Shown: piece by piece, positions 27,405-40,573 of the stretch
Layout of the letters: the number at the start of each line of letters is the position of its first letter
Position numbering within the stretch: the stretch's first letter is position 1
Source of the DNA: Octopus sinensis
Lineage: Eukaryota
Reading direction: 5' to 3'
DNA length: 64,000 nt
Assembly: GCF_006345805.1 (NCBI RefSeq)
Contig: NC_043004.1
Span: 78,616,001-78,680,000, forward strand
Notes under the pieces: model-generated
The model's database searches: none
Seen by the model: only the letters and a program-made list of their open reading frames with translations
What the model was told of the DNA's origin: nothing
Position numbers and translations under genes: made by a program

Positions 27405-27875
27405 TTTGTGTGTATGTATTATATGTGTAATAATTAAATTATATATAATGCACTTTATTGTGTTTAGGTATGTGTATAATACCCAGATCTGGAAAAAATG
27501 TCTTGAATAAGACCCAGTCTGAGGTTTTATACAAGACATATACAAGTTTGTGGACTGCTGCTCTATATTGTTGCTAACAAAGGGCTTTTGCAAGGTTAGT
27601 CTGTTCCAAATCATAAGATTGTGAAGTGAATTCTTAGACAGAGCAGTGCACTGTATTCTTGAGCAAGACACTTCATTTCACACTGCTTCGTTCCACTCTA
27701 GTGTACGTGAGTAGCAGCTGAGTGCTGGTGCTGCTTTCTCTCCATCCAACTGTCACTTCCTGGGTGTCCAACTTAGTCAAGAGTAGGGGAGGGGCAAGAA
27801 GGTGTCCTTGTGAGTGACAGCTAAGATGAAGTTATTTCATACATCCCTTAAGTTTTGTGTAATAATACTTACATA

Positions 27876-28088
27876 CAGGGTGGCCCAAAAGTAGGTTTAT
27901 AGTCATCACGTAGGCACTTTAAATTTCTTTTAAAACAGTTTATTACATTTTAAATGTCTATCTCACGATTAACTAAATTAGCATAGAATAATGGTTTCAT
28001 ATTTTTTTATAATTAAGATCTAAACTGTTAATATAAGAATGCAAAAGAGATAATTGAATAACTGTAAACCTATTTTTGGGCTACCCTG
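27876..28088. mobile_element. Tc1/mariner-type MITE, 213 bp, 28-bp TIRs, TA TSD
   Basis: Left CAGGGTGGCCCAAAAGTAGGTTTATAGT; right end reverse-complements to CAGGGTAGCCCAAAAATAGGTTTACAGT; TA on both flanks. Confidence 0.9.
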
Positions 28089-31051
28089 TATACATCATCA
28101 TCATCATCATCATCATATGTCCGTTTTCCATGCTAGCATGGGTTGGACGGTTCAACTGGGGTCTGTGAAGCCAGAAGGCTGCGCCAGGCCCAGTCTGATC
28201 TGGCAGTGTTTCTACGGCTGGATGCCCTTCCTAACGCCAACCACTCCGTGAGTGTAGTGGGTGCTTTTTACGTGCCACCTGCACAGGTGCCAGACGAGGC
28301 TGGCAAATGGCCACAATTGGATGGTGCATTTTATGTGCCACTGGCACGGAGGCCAGTCGGGGCAGCGCTGGCAACGGCCATGTTCAGATGGTTCTCTTAC
28401 GTGCCATCAGCACTGGTATCACAGCTACAATTTCCATTGATGTTGATCGATTTCGATTTTGATTTTCATTGTGTGAAATAACTTGAAAATGTATAAAATA
28501 AAAATATTAATGAGCTTATTGCATTCTGTGCTCATGTGCACTACAACTTGTTGGAAACGGTTAAAAGAGGGGGCAGAAAGTAACAAGAAAGACAGCTGTG
28601 AAAGAAGTAGTGGTATAGTAGACCGGATAAAACACACAAAAAAACAGAAAAGTCAACAGTAAAAGAGCCATGAAGTGGAAAGGGTGCATAGGCGTATCAG
28701 GAGTAGCATTGAATTCCAGGGTGCAAGGAATTTTTGAAGGGTACAAAGATTTGATGGTTAACAGCAGACGTGGAATAGTTTAGGTATTTGTTATATTTTG
28801 AATATTTTCAACTTGAATTAGAAAATGTTAACATATTTGTTTTTGTATTAAAACGGATAAATGTTTTGCACCAGAGAATTGTGTGGCGCAGATAATGATG
28901 AAGAAAATGGTAAACAGGGAAATCAGGAAAGGAAGTTCTCAATTTGTAACTTTTTTTTAAAGAGGAAATGGAAAAAGACAGAGATGTAAGTGTGTGCAAT
29001 ATTAACTATGTCACAAGTGTGGAAAAATAAAAAAAATAACAAACAGGATACTCCATTTTAAATTCATTAACTGAAGAATCTCAGGAAAGGAAAAACAAAA
29101 AACTTAAATAAATAAGTCATAGAAATGTCAACATATTCCAGCAGTTAATAAGGTATGAACTTTAATTCTAGAGATAACGAGTTATTTTCCTCCTAACCCT
29201 GCAACGTTTGTGTTGTTTGTTTTGTTGCTCCAGTTAATGTTGTGGGCGAATGTAAGGAGGACGGCCTGAGTGAGTGGATCTACTCTAAGCTTGTACCTAT
29301 AGCTAGGAGAGAACAGATGGAAGAGGGGCTCTTCCCTTGGTAGTTTGGGGTGATCTAAAATCAGTGGGAGTTTTGGGATTGCTCCTGTGTGGTGCTCCCC
29401 CACTCCTTGGGAATTTTGTTTTCAATTTTCTCAATTGTTATTGTTTTATTCCTTATGTTTATGTAAGTCCCCACACTCCTTTGTATTGTCCTAAATGTTT
29501 TTTGTGGCCCTCGTGGCCCATAAAGTATTTGGCAAGCTGGCAGAGTCATTAGAGCATTGGAAGTAGCTTAACATTATTTCTTTCTGCTCTGTACGTCCTG
29601 AGTTCCATTTCTACCAAGGTTGACTCTGCCTTTCATCATTCTGCCATTGATAAAATAGGCCCAAGTTGAACATTGAAACTGATGCATTCAGCATCTTCAT
29701 CCCTTACAAAAATGTTATCTTATGTCAAAATTAGAGAGAATTATTTATTGAGATGACGAACTGGCAGACTCATTAGCATGCTGGGTGAAATGCGTAGTGG
29801 TATTTCTCCTGAGTTCAAATCCTGCTGAGGTCAACCTTATTTTCCATCCTTTCAGGGTTAATCAAATAAGGTACCAGTGAAGTTAAGGGGTGTTGATGTA
29901 ACTGGCTGACCTTCTTCTAAATCTACTGGTCTTGTGTCAAAATTTGAACCAATTATTTTATTGTTAATTTATTTGATGTGAAGTAATGCTAAAGGTTTTG
30001 GTAAAGGTGTCAGTCATGTAGTATTTGTTATTATTATTTGGAATTGGTGAAGTCAGAGGTTTATAATTGGTAACATTATAGAATCCAAAGTCAGAAGTTG
30101 ATACTTGCTAATAAGGTCTCAATTCTTCATTTACAATTCAGGAAAATAATTTACCATTTAACACTTCTTCGTTGAGTTAATGAATCAGCTTCTAAATGTG
30201 AGACATCATCATGAATATTTTGAATGCCAAAAGGTTCCTTTGGTCATGGAAATATATTCATGATTCTTGTCATGAAATAGATATTTTAGTCATCATTGTC
30301 ATTTTAATGTCTCTTTTTCCATGCTTTTATGGGTCAGACAGAACTTGCCGAGGTAGATATCGTATGTCTGGATGCCCTTCCTGTCATCAACCCTCGCCTG
30401 TTTCCAAGCAACGTAATATTTCCGCTTGAAGAGACATGTTTTCACAGAATATTGGAAATGTACCATCCGAGTGTGATCGTTGCCAGAACAGCCAACTGGC
30501 TTCTGTGCCGATGGCACATAAAAGGGCACCATTCGAGCACAATCATTACCAATGTCACCTTACTGGCACCTGTGCTGGTGGCATGTGTAAAAAGAGTCAA
30601 GCGAGGTTGTTGCCAGTACCGCCTGACCGGCCCCTGTGCCGGTGGCACGTAAAAAGCACCCACTACATTCTCGGAGTGGTTGGCATTAGGAAGGGCATCC
30701 AGCTGTAGAAACTCTGCCAAATCAAGATTGAAGCCTGGTGCAGCCATCTGGTTCGCCAGCCCTCAGTCAAAATCATCCAACCCATGCTAATATGGAAAGC
30801 GGACGTTAAACGATGATGATGATGATGATGTACACTGCTTGTATGATTTTGATGCTCATTTTTAACTAGCACATTATGTAAAACCAAGAAGACACAAACA
30901 CATGCACTCACACATCCATGCAGAAATAGACATCATCATCACCATTTAATGTCTGTTTTCCATGCTGACATGGGTTGGACGGTCTGACAGGAGCTGGTAA
31001 GGCCAGTGGACTACAGCAGGCTTCCTTTGTCTGTTTGGCCTGCTTTCTGTT

Positions 31052-31310
31052 GGAAAAATCGTTTTTGGTATTATTTATTCACCATTACATGTGTTTCATT
31101 TGATAATAGGAGCTACAAAATTGAACATGTAATAGAAATCATGTAAGACTTATTTGAAATTCTTCAGAGAGTTAAATGATGATTGATTCTCTGCCTGAAG
31201 AATTTCTGAAAGATGTTTTTCGTAGTTTCTACTACATGTTCAATTTTGTAGCTCCTTTTAGCAAATGAAACACATGTAATGATGAATAAATAATACCAAA
31301 GGTTTTTTCC
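31052..31310. mobile_element. Fold-back element with ~85-bp near-identical arms
   Basis: TTTGGTATTATTTATTCACCATTACATGTGTTTCATTTG...GGAGCTACAAAATTGAACATGTAATAGAAA is mirrored at the right end. Confidence 0.85.
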
Positions 31311-32027
31311 CCCCCAATCTCCTGTTTTGATATGAAATTACTCTGCAAATACTATTTTCCAGTATTTTTCAACTTTAATGCATTCCTCACACAAATATAC
31401 AACCAGCTACCAGTCATCCAACTTTGATTGGTGGTACTATGAGGTTCCAGAATTCCATAGCTTTTTTTCTAAGCAGCTAAAGTGAGTTGATGAGTTACCA
31501 GTTCCATCAACTGGCAGCAATCCACTAACTAGATTGCTTGACCCTAGACTGTTCATTGGATGAAGAGGTTCTTCCACTTAGACTGTGTCCTGTAATTTTG
31601 TTGAATGAAGATCAAAGCACTCTGCTTCACATCTGCCATGCTGCTCCCCATAACTTTGTTGTGTCCCTGGCTTTGGGATTTTTCATCACTGAAGTTAATT
31701 CCTCTCTATATATATACCCTATTGGATGGCCATTAATTCTTGAGTTCCTCTGCCCTTTCATGGATTGTTTTTCATCCCGCAAGGGGTCCAGATCACCTTT
31801 CTCATGAGGTAAGCTTGGTGGGGTTTCTGATTTAGTCACTGATGACCTGACCATGTGACAGGTTATATTGGGTTACATGTTAGCAGCAAAACTCAAGAGT
31901 GACCTGAATGCAAATGTAACATCTACGTACAACCTTTGAAGTACTGGAATATGCAGATGTGCTCCATGAAGACACAGGTTTGATTATAACCCAATCTACA
32001 TACTATATATATATATATATATATATA

Positions 32028-32620
32028 TCATCATCATCATCATTTAGCGTCCGTTTTTCATGCTAGCATGGGTTGGACGGTTTAACTGGGGTCTGTGAAG
32101 CCGGAAGGCTTCATCAGGCCCAGTCAGATTTGGCAGTGTTTCTATGGCTGGATGCCCTTCCTAACGCCAACCACTCCGTGAGTGTAGTGGGTGCTTTTTA
32201 CGTGCTACCGGCACAGGGGCCAGGCGAAGCTGGCAATGGACATGAGCGGATGGTGCTTTTACGTGCCAACGGCACGGGGGCCAGGCGAAGCTGGCAACGG
32301 ACATGAACGGATGGTGCTTTTATGTACTACCAGCACGGGGGCCAGGCGAGGCTGGCAAGGGACACGAGTGGATGGTGCTTTTACGTGCCAACGGCACAGG
32401 GGCCAGGCAAGGCTGGCAACGGACAAACAATCGGATGGTTCGCTTAACCACAGCTGCAATTTCCACTGATGTTGATTTGGTTTGATTTTGACTGTTCTCA
32501 CTGGTCTTGCCGGGTCTTCTCACGCACAGCATACTTCCATAGGTCTCGGTCTCTAGTCATTTCCTTGGTGAGACCTAAAGTTCGAAGGTCGTGCTTCACC
32601 ACCTCGTCCCAGGTTTTCCT
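32028..32620 (-). mobile_element. 5'-truncated RTE LINE, second subfamily, with 4 x 61-bp tandem unit in its 3' UTR
   Basis: Minus strand reads RKTWDEVVKHDLRTLGLTKEMTRDRDLWKYAVREKTRQDQ*, then the array and the conserved tail. Confidence 0.9.
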
Positions 32621-33554
32621 TATATATATATATATATTATATATATATAATTAATGATATCAGGGATATAAAAATTTTAGAAATTTTTACTACGAGTAGC
32701 CTAGCATTTAGAAAAATTAGTCAAGAGACTATATATTATTCATATAAAATAGTGTACATTTAACACATTAAGAGGTTTCCATCATAAGAATCCTCTTAAT
32801 GTGTTTAAATGTACACTGTTATATATATATATATATATATATATTCATACAAACACGTGCGTACACACCCACACACACACACACATGCATATTAGAAACA
32901 TTTGCTTTTCTTTTCATAAAATTTTTCCTCACCTTGCATCAAGTTTACTCATAGACAGGAGGAACTCTGACCTTCATACTCTTCTCATTTACTTAATTAG
33001 TGCTTTCTTTACCCCTAAACATTTTTCCTTCCTTTTTTTTTATTGGGTAAAAAAAAAAAACTTGATGGCCTAAGGCTGGGATTGTCCTAAATTTGTTTGT
33101 CACTAAAATGACTGGTTCTAGAACTACTTTTTGCCTTTGGGCAGAGCAAACTGTTTGGCAGCTGAAAGAACATGGCTGTTTTCTGATTTTACTCTGAAAT
33201 GGCTGTCTCATATTTTTTATTCTCAGCATGACTGTCGAGGAGTGTGATTTTTGCTCATTTCTTTCTTTGCCTTTTTCTGTTCAGGTTATGTGGAGGTGCA
33301 ATGGCCCAGTGGTTAGGGCAGCGGACTTGTGGTCTTAGGATTGATTCCCAGATCAGGCATTGTGAGTGTTTATTGAGCGAAAACACCTAAAGCTCCATGA
33401 GGCTCCGGCAGGGTGTGTGTGCTTACGAACCCTGCTATACTCTTTCACCACAACTTTCTCTCTCACTCTTTCTTCCTCTTTCTGTTGTACCTGTATTTCA
33501 AAAGGGTCAGCCTTGTCACACTCTGTGTCATGCTGAATCTCTCTGAGAACTATG

Positions 33555-33779
33555 TTAACCCTTTCATTACCAACCCGGCTAAAACCGGCTCTGGCTCTGA
33601 GTACAAATGTTTTGTTTTCATAAGATCTCAATTAAAATCTTCCACCAAACCATAGTCACAATTTATGATCCTAACACTAGCTTAATAATAAAGTTATTTT
33701 ACTAAATTCTTTGTAACATTTAAAGTAATTGAAAGAAGCACAGAACATTTCAAAATAAATACAGTAGTGAAAGAGTTAA
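33555..33779 (-). mobile_element. piggyBac-like MITE nested in a SINE at a duplicated TTAA
   Basis: It interrupts the SINE sequence GAGAACTATGTTAA|GGGTGCACGTG, with TTAA on both sides. Confidence 0.88.
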
Positions 33780-33939
33780 GGGTGCACGTGTCTGTGGAGT
33801 ACTCAGCGACTTGCACGTTAATTTCACGAGCAGACTGTTCTGTTGATTGGATCAACTGGAACACTTGTCGTAACCGATGGAGTGCCACCACATGTGACAC
33901 CATTCTAACCTAAAACCATATTATACCACACTGTTTTAA

Positions 33940-34250
33940 TGAAAAAAAAAAACACCATGAGTCCTGAAAGATCTACTATAGTGCCACATTGAGAGGTCAC
34001 AGTGCCAATACTATGGTGATGTGATTAAAATGTCATAGGAAAGAATCATAAGATGGGTTTTTCAAGTTGATCCAACCAGCAGGAGACTTAGGGGTAGATC
34101 AAGAGTAAGATGGTTGGGTAATATCTAGAGTTTCAATTGGTTATCTTTAAGAATCCAGCTGGTAAGTCTAACAGTTGCTTTTGAGAGGACCTTATGGTGA
34201 GATGCCGGAAGACTTTATTTCTGCAACCCTTGAATAGGGGACAGAGAAGA
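33940..34250 (+). mobile_element. Decayed RTE LINE 3' end, same family as 18690-19100
   Basis: HIERSQCQYYGDVIKMS*ERIIRWVFQVDPTSRRLRGRSRVRWLGNI. Confidence 0.65.
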
Positions 34251-34749
34251 TAGGTGGATGGATTTGTGTGTGTGCTTGTATGCATTTATATGTGTGAGTG
34301 TATATGTGTTTGTCTCCTTGTCACGTGCTGCTTAAAAGTGTCTCTTGTCATACATACAGTGTCATTCATTTCCAATGTTCTGCAAAAACATGTCTGGTCA
34401 TGGGGAAAAATTCCCTTGCTTGAAAACAAGTGAGGGTTGGTGACAGGAAGAGCATCTGGTTGTAAAAAAAAATTGCCTTGTGAGCACTCGGTATGCTCTG
34501 TAAAGAGGTTAGCATTAGGGAGGAGGGCATCCAGCTGTAGAAACCAGGCCAAAGCAGACTGTGGAGCTTGGTGTAACCCTTGGCCTTGCCAGCACCTGTC
34601 AAGCCATCAACCCATACCAGCATGGAAAAGGGAACAGTAAAATGATAGTTGCAATGATGGTGATGAACCCTTCAACAATCATTCAGTAACTTAAACACAA
34701 TGAAAAGCATTGTTAGTTTTTAAATGTTTGCCCATGATTGAATTTACCT

Positions 34750-34784
<35 letters not shown>

Positions 34785-35318
34785 TACAAAATTATTCATC
34801 AGTTACTAGCTGAAAACAATACAACTGTGTGTATGTGTGTGTGTTGTTCCATCTGGCCTTCAGCGCTTTAACTGAGCCTCATAATAACTTCTATTGTGGA
34901 GGGCTTCCTAATATGTCCCTGATCTTTAAATAGGTTGAATAATAGTGTTTTTTTTAATGCATGTAGGAGGAGGATGATGAGGAAGTCTATAAGCTGTAGC
35001 AGATGTACTACTACTACTACTACTACTTCTACTACAGTCTGTATATCTTTATGAATAATTGTTTCTTTTTATATATTCTATTTGATCTCTTATAAATATG
35101 TTATCAAAGAGATATTATTTTTAAACAGTTAGGAAGTCCCTCGTTATTTCATCAATTACTCATTTTCATCATCACCATCATCATACCATTGCCATTATCA
35201 TCTTTACTGCCTACATTGCAATCATCATCATCACCACCATCATCATCATCACATCTATTTTTCAAACTGTTTTGTGTTAGGCTAGTGATTCTCAACCACA
35301 GCTCCCAGGGACGCCTAC

Positions 35319-35443
35319 AATCCTCAAGCATACTTCCTCGACCCTCAAGCATGCTTCCCTGACCCCCAAGCATTCTTCCTCGACCCTCAAGCATTCTTCT
35401 TCAACCTTCGAGTATGCTCCCTTGACCCTCAATCATCTTCCCT
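35319..35443. repeat. 21-bp minisatellite, about 6 units
   Basis: GACCCTCAAGCATNCTTCCYY repeated head to tail. Confidence 0.85.
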
Positions 35444-37864
35444 CTCTCTATATATTCTTTAATTGACTTGTATTTCACTCTTTTTGGTGTGGGCCCCTAA
35501 AAATCCTCTAGAGAGTCTGTCATGAACTACAACTAGGTGGTACTTAATAAAGAATGATGGCAATTTGAGGAATTAGAATGGTGAATTTGAAAAGTGAGGG
35601 AATGGAAGAATTAAAATCAGGAGAAGTGAAGAAACAATATATAATGGTTTAAATATGTTAAAGAGGAGAAAATTGTTGAGGAGAATGAGTGGTGTTCATT
35701 AATACCTGCAGGCAGGGATGTTCCAAGAGTAAAGACAAGTCATTTCTCTCTATTACTGTGGGGGCACAGTGTGCCATTGTGTAAGATGACTCTGTACTCT
35801 CAGATGTCCAGTTTTCTTGCAGACATTGACCAATTTTGCAGTCTTCTCTGGAGCAGAGGAAGGTTTGTGAAGTTGTTCGATAAAAGCTAATTCTTTCAAA
35901 TTTCTTTTACTGTTTTTAGGTTAATGGCAACAATGAGACAAAGTCATCAATCTACAGAATTTTAAAACCAAGTATAAATTCAAATTTCCTTTTGATGGTT
36001 GCAAAATGTAGGGTTAGCAAAACTTTGCTAAGGTTATGGACCTTGTCCACTTGGCCCATATCTTATAGACAGTTATTTATTCATTAAAATTGAGGTCCAA
36101 CTCCCTGCTGATCCTTACTGTGCATTTAGAATCTCCATACATTTCTCAGAAACTATTCAATCATATCAGATTCCTCATTACTCGTCAGTAAAAATGTGCA
36201 ATCTTGTAAAAGCTTTCTCTAAATTAATAAATGCAAACTAGAGTTGAATGTGCTTACCATTTTAATTACATTGCTGTTTTCTAACCATATCTTGTATCAA
36301 TTTGTGTTTCCATAGACTAGTATGTCTTATGTAGCTCAATCATCAACATCGTCATTTAACACCCGTCTTCCATGCTAGTATAGATTGGATGGTTTGACAG
36401 CAGCTGGTAAGCCAAAGGACTTACCCAGGTTCCACTGTGTGTTCTACCATGGCTTTTACAGCTGAATGCCCTTCCTAACACCAACCACTTTACAAAGTGA
36501 CCTGAATGCTTTTTACATAACACCAGCACCAGTGATGTCTGTTTTGGCATGGTTTCAACAGCTAGATGCCCTTCCTAATGCTAACCACTTTACAGAGTGG
36601 ACTGGGTGCTTTTTTTTTATGTGATACCAGCATCCTTAATCAATTTTAGTTATAATTTGGTCTCCTAATGTTTGTTTCTTAAGCATATTTCTATCTTTAT
36701 CCCAAGTGGTAGTTCCTCTCAGTTACTAGAGCAAATTTTCATAACCTGAACCACTCTCTATTAATATAAATATCCATTTTTGGAAATCAGAGACATTCAA
36801 AGGCTAGGAAATTTGTGTTCCTGCCTGTGGCACTATTTTAGCTTATGACCTTTCAACTCCACAGCTGTCTAAACTTTTAACCAACAAACGAGCCTCTATG
36901 CAATTTCAATTAGAAATAGCTGTTATATATTTCTCTTGAATCAGACAATCTTTAAAAGAGAGATCACATTTAAAATATGTGATACTAGAAGCCCTTATAA
37001 CATCAGAATGGCCATACCTGTATAACATCAGGATGGCCATACCTGGAATGCCTTTGAGACTAAACAACAACAAAAGGCTAAACCATATTGGTTTTTTAAA
37101 ACTAATGTTAGTTTAAAATTTATATCATTTTAATGTCCACTTTTCCATGCTTGCATGGGTCAGATGGACTTCACATTGACCAGAGGGACATGAATAGTAA
37201 AATAAAATGGGGAAGGATTGGAAATTTGAAATTCTTGTTTTACCTTCTTTAAATTTCTATGAAAACCCAACTGGCACTCTGTTGGTCTTTATGACAAGGC
37301 TCCTTGTTCATTTGCTCAATGGAAGAGCCTACTCATGAAATTAACATGCAAGTGGCTGAGTACTCCACAGACATGCATAACCTGAATGTAGTCTCCTGGG
37401 AGATTCAGCATGACACACAGTGTGACCAGGCTGGCCCCTTTGGATTATAGGTACCATTCATTTTTGCCAGTTGAGTGGACTGGAGCAATGTGAAATAAAG
37501 TGTCTTGCTCAAGGACACAAGGCACTGCCAGGAATCGAACTCCTGGCTTTACAATCATCAGCTGAATGCTCTAACTACTAAACCATGCACCTTCACGCAT
37601 TCTTGTCACAGCATTACAGTCATCCATCATGCGTACATTAACTGATGCATTAAATTCCCTGCCACTTTACAAGATCATGTGTATTCTTAACTTCATTTCC
37701 GTTCTCCTTCTTCTCATTGCAGTATTATCAACTTCATTTTATTTTTATTGTTTGGTAATTGTTCTTCATTTCTAAATGAATTCTCTGTGAATTGTACTCT
37801 GAAAATAAACTACTTGTAACTTTTATTCCTTCAATTAATGTCCAGTTTTTCGCTTCTCTTTCAG

Positions 37865-38054
37865 ATGTCGTTGTCGTTATACAATTCATGTTTGAGGAAC
37901 GACTGATATGGTTTTCTTTGAGTTTGGCTTTTGTGGTGGTTCCTATGGTCTGTATCCAAGTGTTCAGTCTGAAGTGGTTGTTAACTAAGAGGACTATAAA
38001 AATAAGTTGTATTTCTGGTTTCCTTCATTTTATTGGACTTGCTCTTATAAAACG
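37865..38054 (+). CDS. XKR: XK-related protein, first recognisable coding exon (end of TM1 to TM3; internal exon, upstream exon missing)
   Basis: Acceptor tttttcgcttctctttcag|AT (phase 1, G|AT=D) and donor AAA CG|gtaaga (phase 2). Encodes DVVVVIQFMFEERLIWFSLSLAFVVVPMVCIQVFSLKWLL...FLHFIGLALIKR, matching the XK N-terminal pattern (D..V..Y/F....W..L.L......Q.FS..W). Confidence 0.9.
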
Positions 38055-38642
38055 GTAAGATCTTTTTTATCACGTTATTTCTATTTTGGTAAATTTCTAG
38101 AGAATAAGAAAAATCTTATAAAAATGTAAAACTTTATGAAACTGTTGAAGGTACTGGCGTGGTTGTGTAGTCAAGCAACTCCCTTCGAAATCCTGTGCTT
38201 TTAGGTTCAGCCCCACAATGTGACATCTTGGACAATTGTTTTCTAACTATAGCCCCTGTTCAACTAATGCCTTGTTAGTAAATTTGGTCGGTGGAAACTG
38301 TGTGGAAGCGTGTTTTATGTGGGGGTTTGTTCCCCACCCCCAGTGGTTTGGCAAAAAGGGACCAATAAAATATACATCAGATTAAAAAGAAAAAAAATCG
38401 CAAAAGTTAATTTGTGCAACTAAAAACCCTCCAAACCGGTGCCCCAGCATGGCCAGAGTCCAATGACTGAAGCAAAGAGTAAAAAAGTATTTTCCAGAAT
38501 GACTAAAAATAGGGTTCTCTTACAAAGCGAACCCTTGATCCTTTACTATTATTTTGTGCCTTCCTGTTGCCAATCCTCAACTGTTTCCTTATAAGGAAAT
38601 ATTTCCCTTTGGTTCAGAATGTTTTCCTGGAAGACGATAAAC

Positions 38643-38917
38643 CAATGGGTTCTCAACCAGGGTCCGTTTGACCCTTGTGGCTCCATGAAAGATTTTGTTT
38701 TTATAATTTACATGCAATAAATTGGTTATAATTCTGCAAGGCACCAAATAGTTTGACAATTTTCTTTATAAAATTCCTAATAATTATAAAAATATAAAAG
38801 GATTTTTTTAAACATCAAATAGTTGAGAATCCACCTGAATAAAACAGGAATCAAAGAAATCCATAGATAACCACCCCACCCAAAAAAAAGACCAACAAAA
38901 ATGGTTGAAAACCATTG
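38643..38917. mobile_element. hAT-like MITE (degenerate)
   Basis: CAATGGGTTCTCAACC...GGTTGAAAACCATTG termini; the 8-bp flanks match only partly. Similar CAGTGGTTCTTAACC start at about 18265. Confidence 0.5.
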
Positions 38918-40526
38918 CTGTAGACAAACAGCATCACTTGTAGAATGGGGAAACACATAACTATCACATGATCTCATCCACTCTTACAACAGACCATTTC
39001 TGTCGACCGAATTCACTCACAAGGTTTTGTTCAGCCCGGGGCTGTAGCAGAAGACATTTGGCCAACCTACCACACGGTGGGATTGAACCTGAAACCATGT
39101 GGTTGGAAAATAAACTTCTTAATCACATACTGTAATGCCTGTGTTATAGTATTGTGGGAGTATAAACTTATTTGACACAGCAACTTGTTATATCAACATC
39201 ATTGATGCTGATGTTCTTAAAATATCTTCAAATATAAAATTTAGTTCCATAGACTATTAGAGAACCATTGTAGAGGTTTGTATTGATATTTAACTCTCTT
39301 GCTACCAACCTACATGAGACCACCTCCACTGGTTCTATGATATAAACTTCCTGTTTTAAGGTGATCTAAATTTAAACCTTCATCAAAATTTCGTGTTAAT
39401 TTATGCTCCAGATGCTAGTTTAATAATCCTTCCTACTGAAGGCACAAGGCCTGAAATGTGGGTGAGGGGACTAATTGATTACATCAATCCCCAGTACACA
39501 ACCGGTACTTAATTTATTGGCCCTGAAAGGATAAAAGGCAAAGTTGACCTCAGCGGAATTTGAACTTTGAACATAGCAACGGATGAAATACTGCTAAGCA
39601 TTTCGTCCAATGTGCTAACGATTCTGCCAGCTCACTGCTTCCGAATGCTAGTTTAATAATGGCAAAGTCATTATATAAATTCTTCATTATTTAAACAATT
39701 AATTGAAACAAAGGCGATGTAATTTCAAAAGAAATAGGGTGACAAAAAGGTTAAACTGTTGACTATGGCTGAACTTCCAAGCATAAACTTGCAGTTCTTT
39801 TACTTGTTTCACTCATTAAACTGTGGCCATGCTGGGGCAATCAACACCAGTACTTTTTTAAAGCCTGGTACTTATTCTATCGGACTCTTTTGCTGAACCA
39901 CTAAGTTCTGGGGATGTAAACACAACACCGGTTGTCAAGCAGTGGTGGGGGAACAGACACACACACATTTATATATGACAGGCTTCTTTCAGTTTCCGCT
40001 CTTCTAAAGCCATTCATAAGGCTTTGGTTGGCTCGAGGCTATAGTAGAAAACACTTGCCCAAGTTGCCACGCAGCAGGACTGAACCCGGAACCATGTGAT
40101 TGGAAAGCAAACTTCTAACTACAGTCATGCTTAAAATAAACATGGAGGTTTTATTTTTCAGATCTTCCCACTTAGTATTTGTGACATGAATGAAATTCCT
40201 TGATTTAAAATTATGAACAAAAACAACAACAACATCAACAACATAATAGAAAGCTGTAAAATCTGATGTTAAAACATTCATTTAGAATAAGGGACTGTAA
40301 CGTTTTTGAATAAATTATGAAAATCTGTGTAACCAGTTTGCAGGAATGTAAACTTAATGATGGCCAATTACTCTACTTTCTTCTCTTGATGTCTTCCAAA
40401 GCATCAGAAACCAAATATGTTGCTCCACTTTCACATTTTACCCTGAAAGGTTGGACGTAATTTCAAGGAAAATTACATCTATTTAGTTTTATCTGCAGCT
40501 TGTTGAGTGACATCACTCGAGTGGAG

Positions 40527-40573
<47 letters not shown>

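Noticed and set aside
29234-29339. Acceptor-ORF-donor candidate (NVVGECKEDGLSEWIYSKLVPIARREQMEEGLFP)
   Set aside because: It ends in phase 2, incompatible with the phase-1 XKR acceptor; the donor is weak and there is no recognisable homology.
37792-37864. MYSENKLL... as the XKR N-terminus
   Set aside because: The ORF begins at TTG and runs through a T-rich acceptor tract; it is intron sequence.
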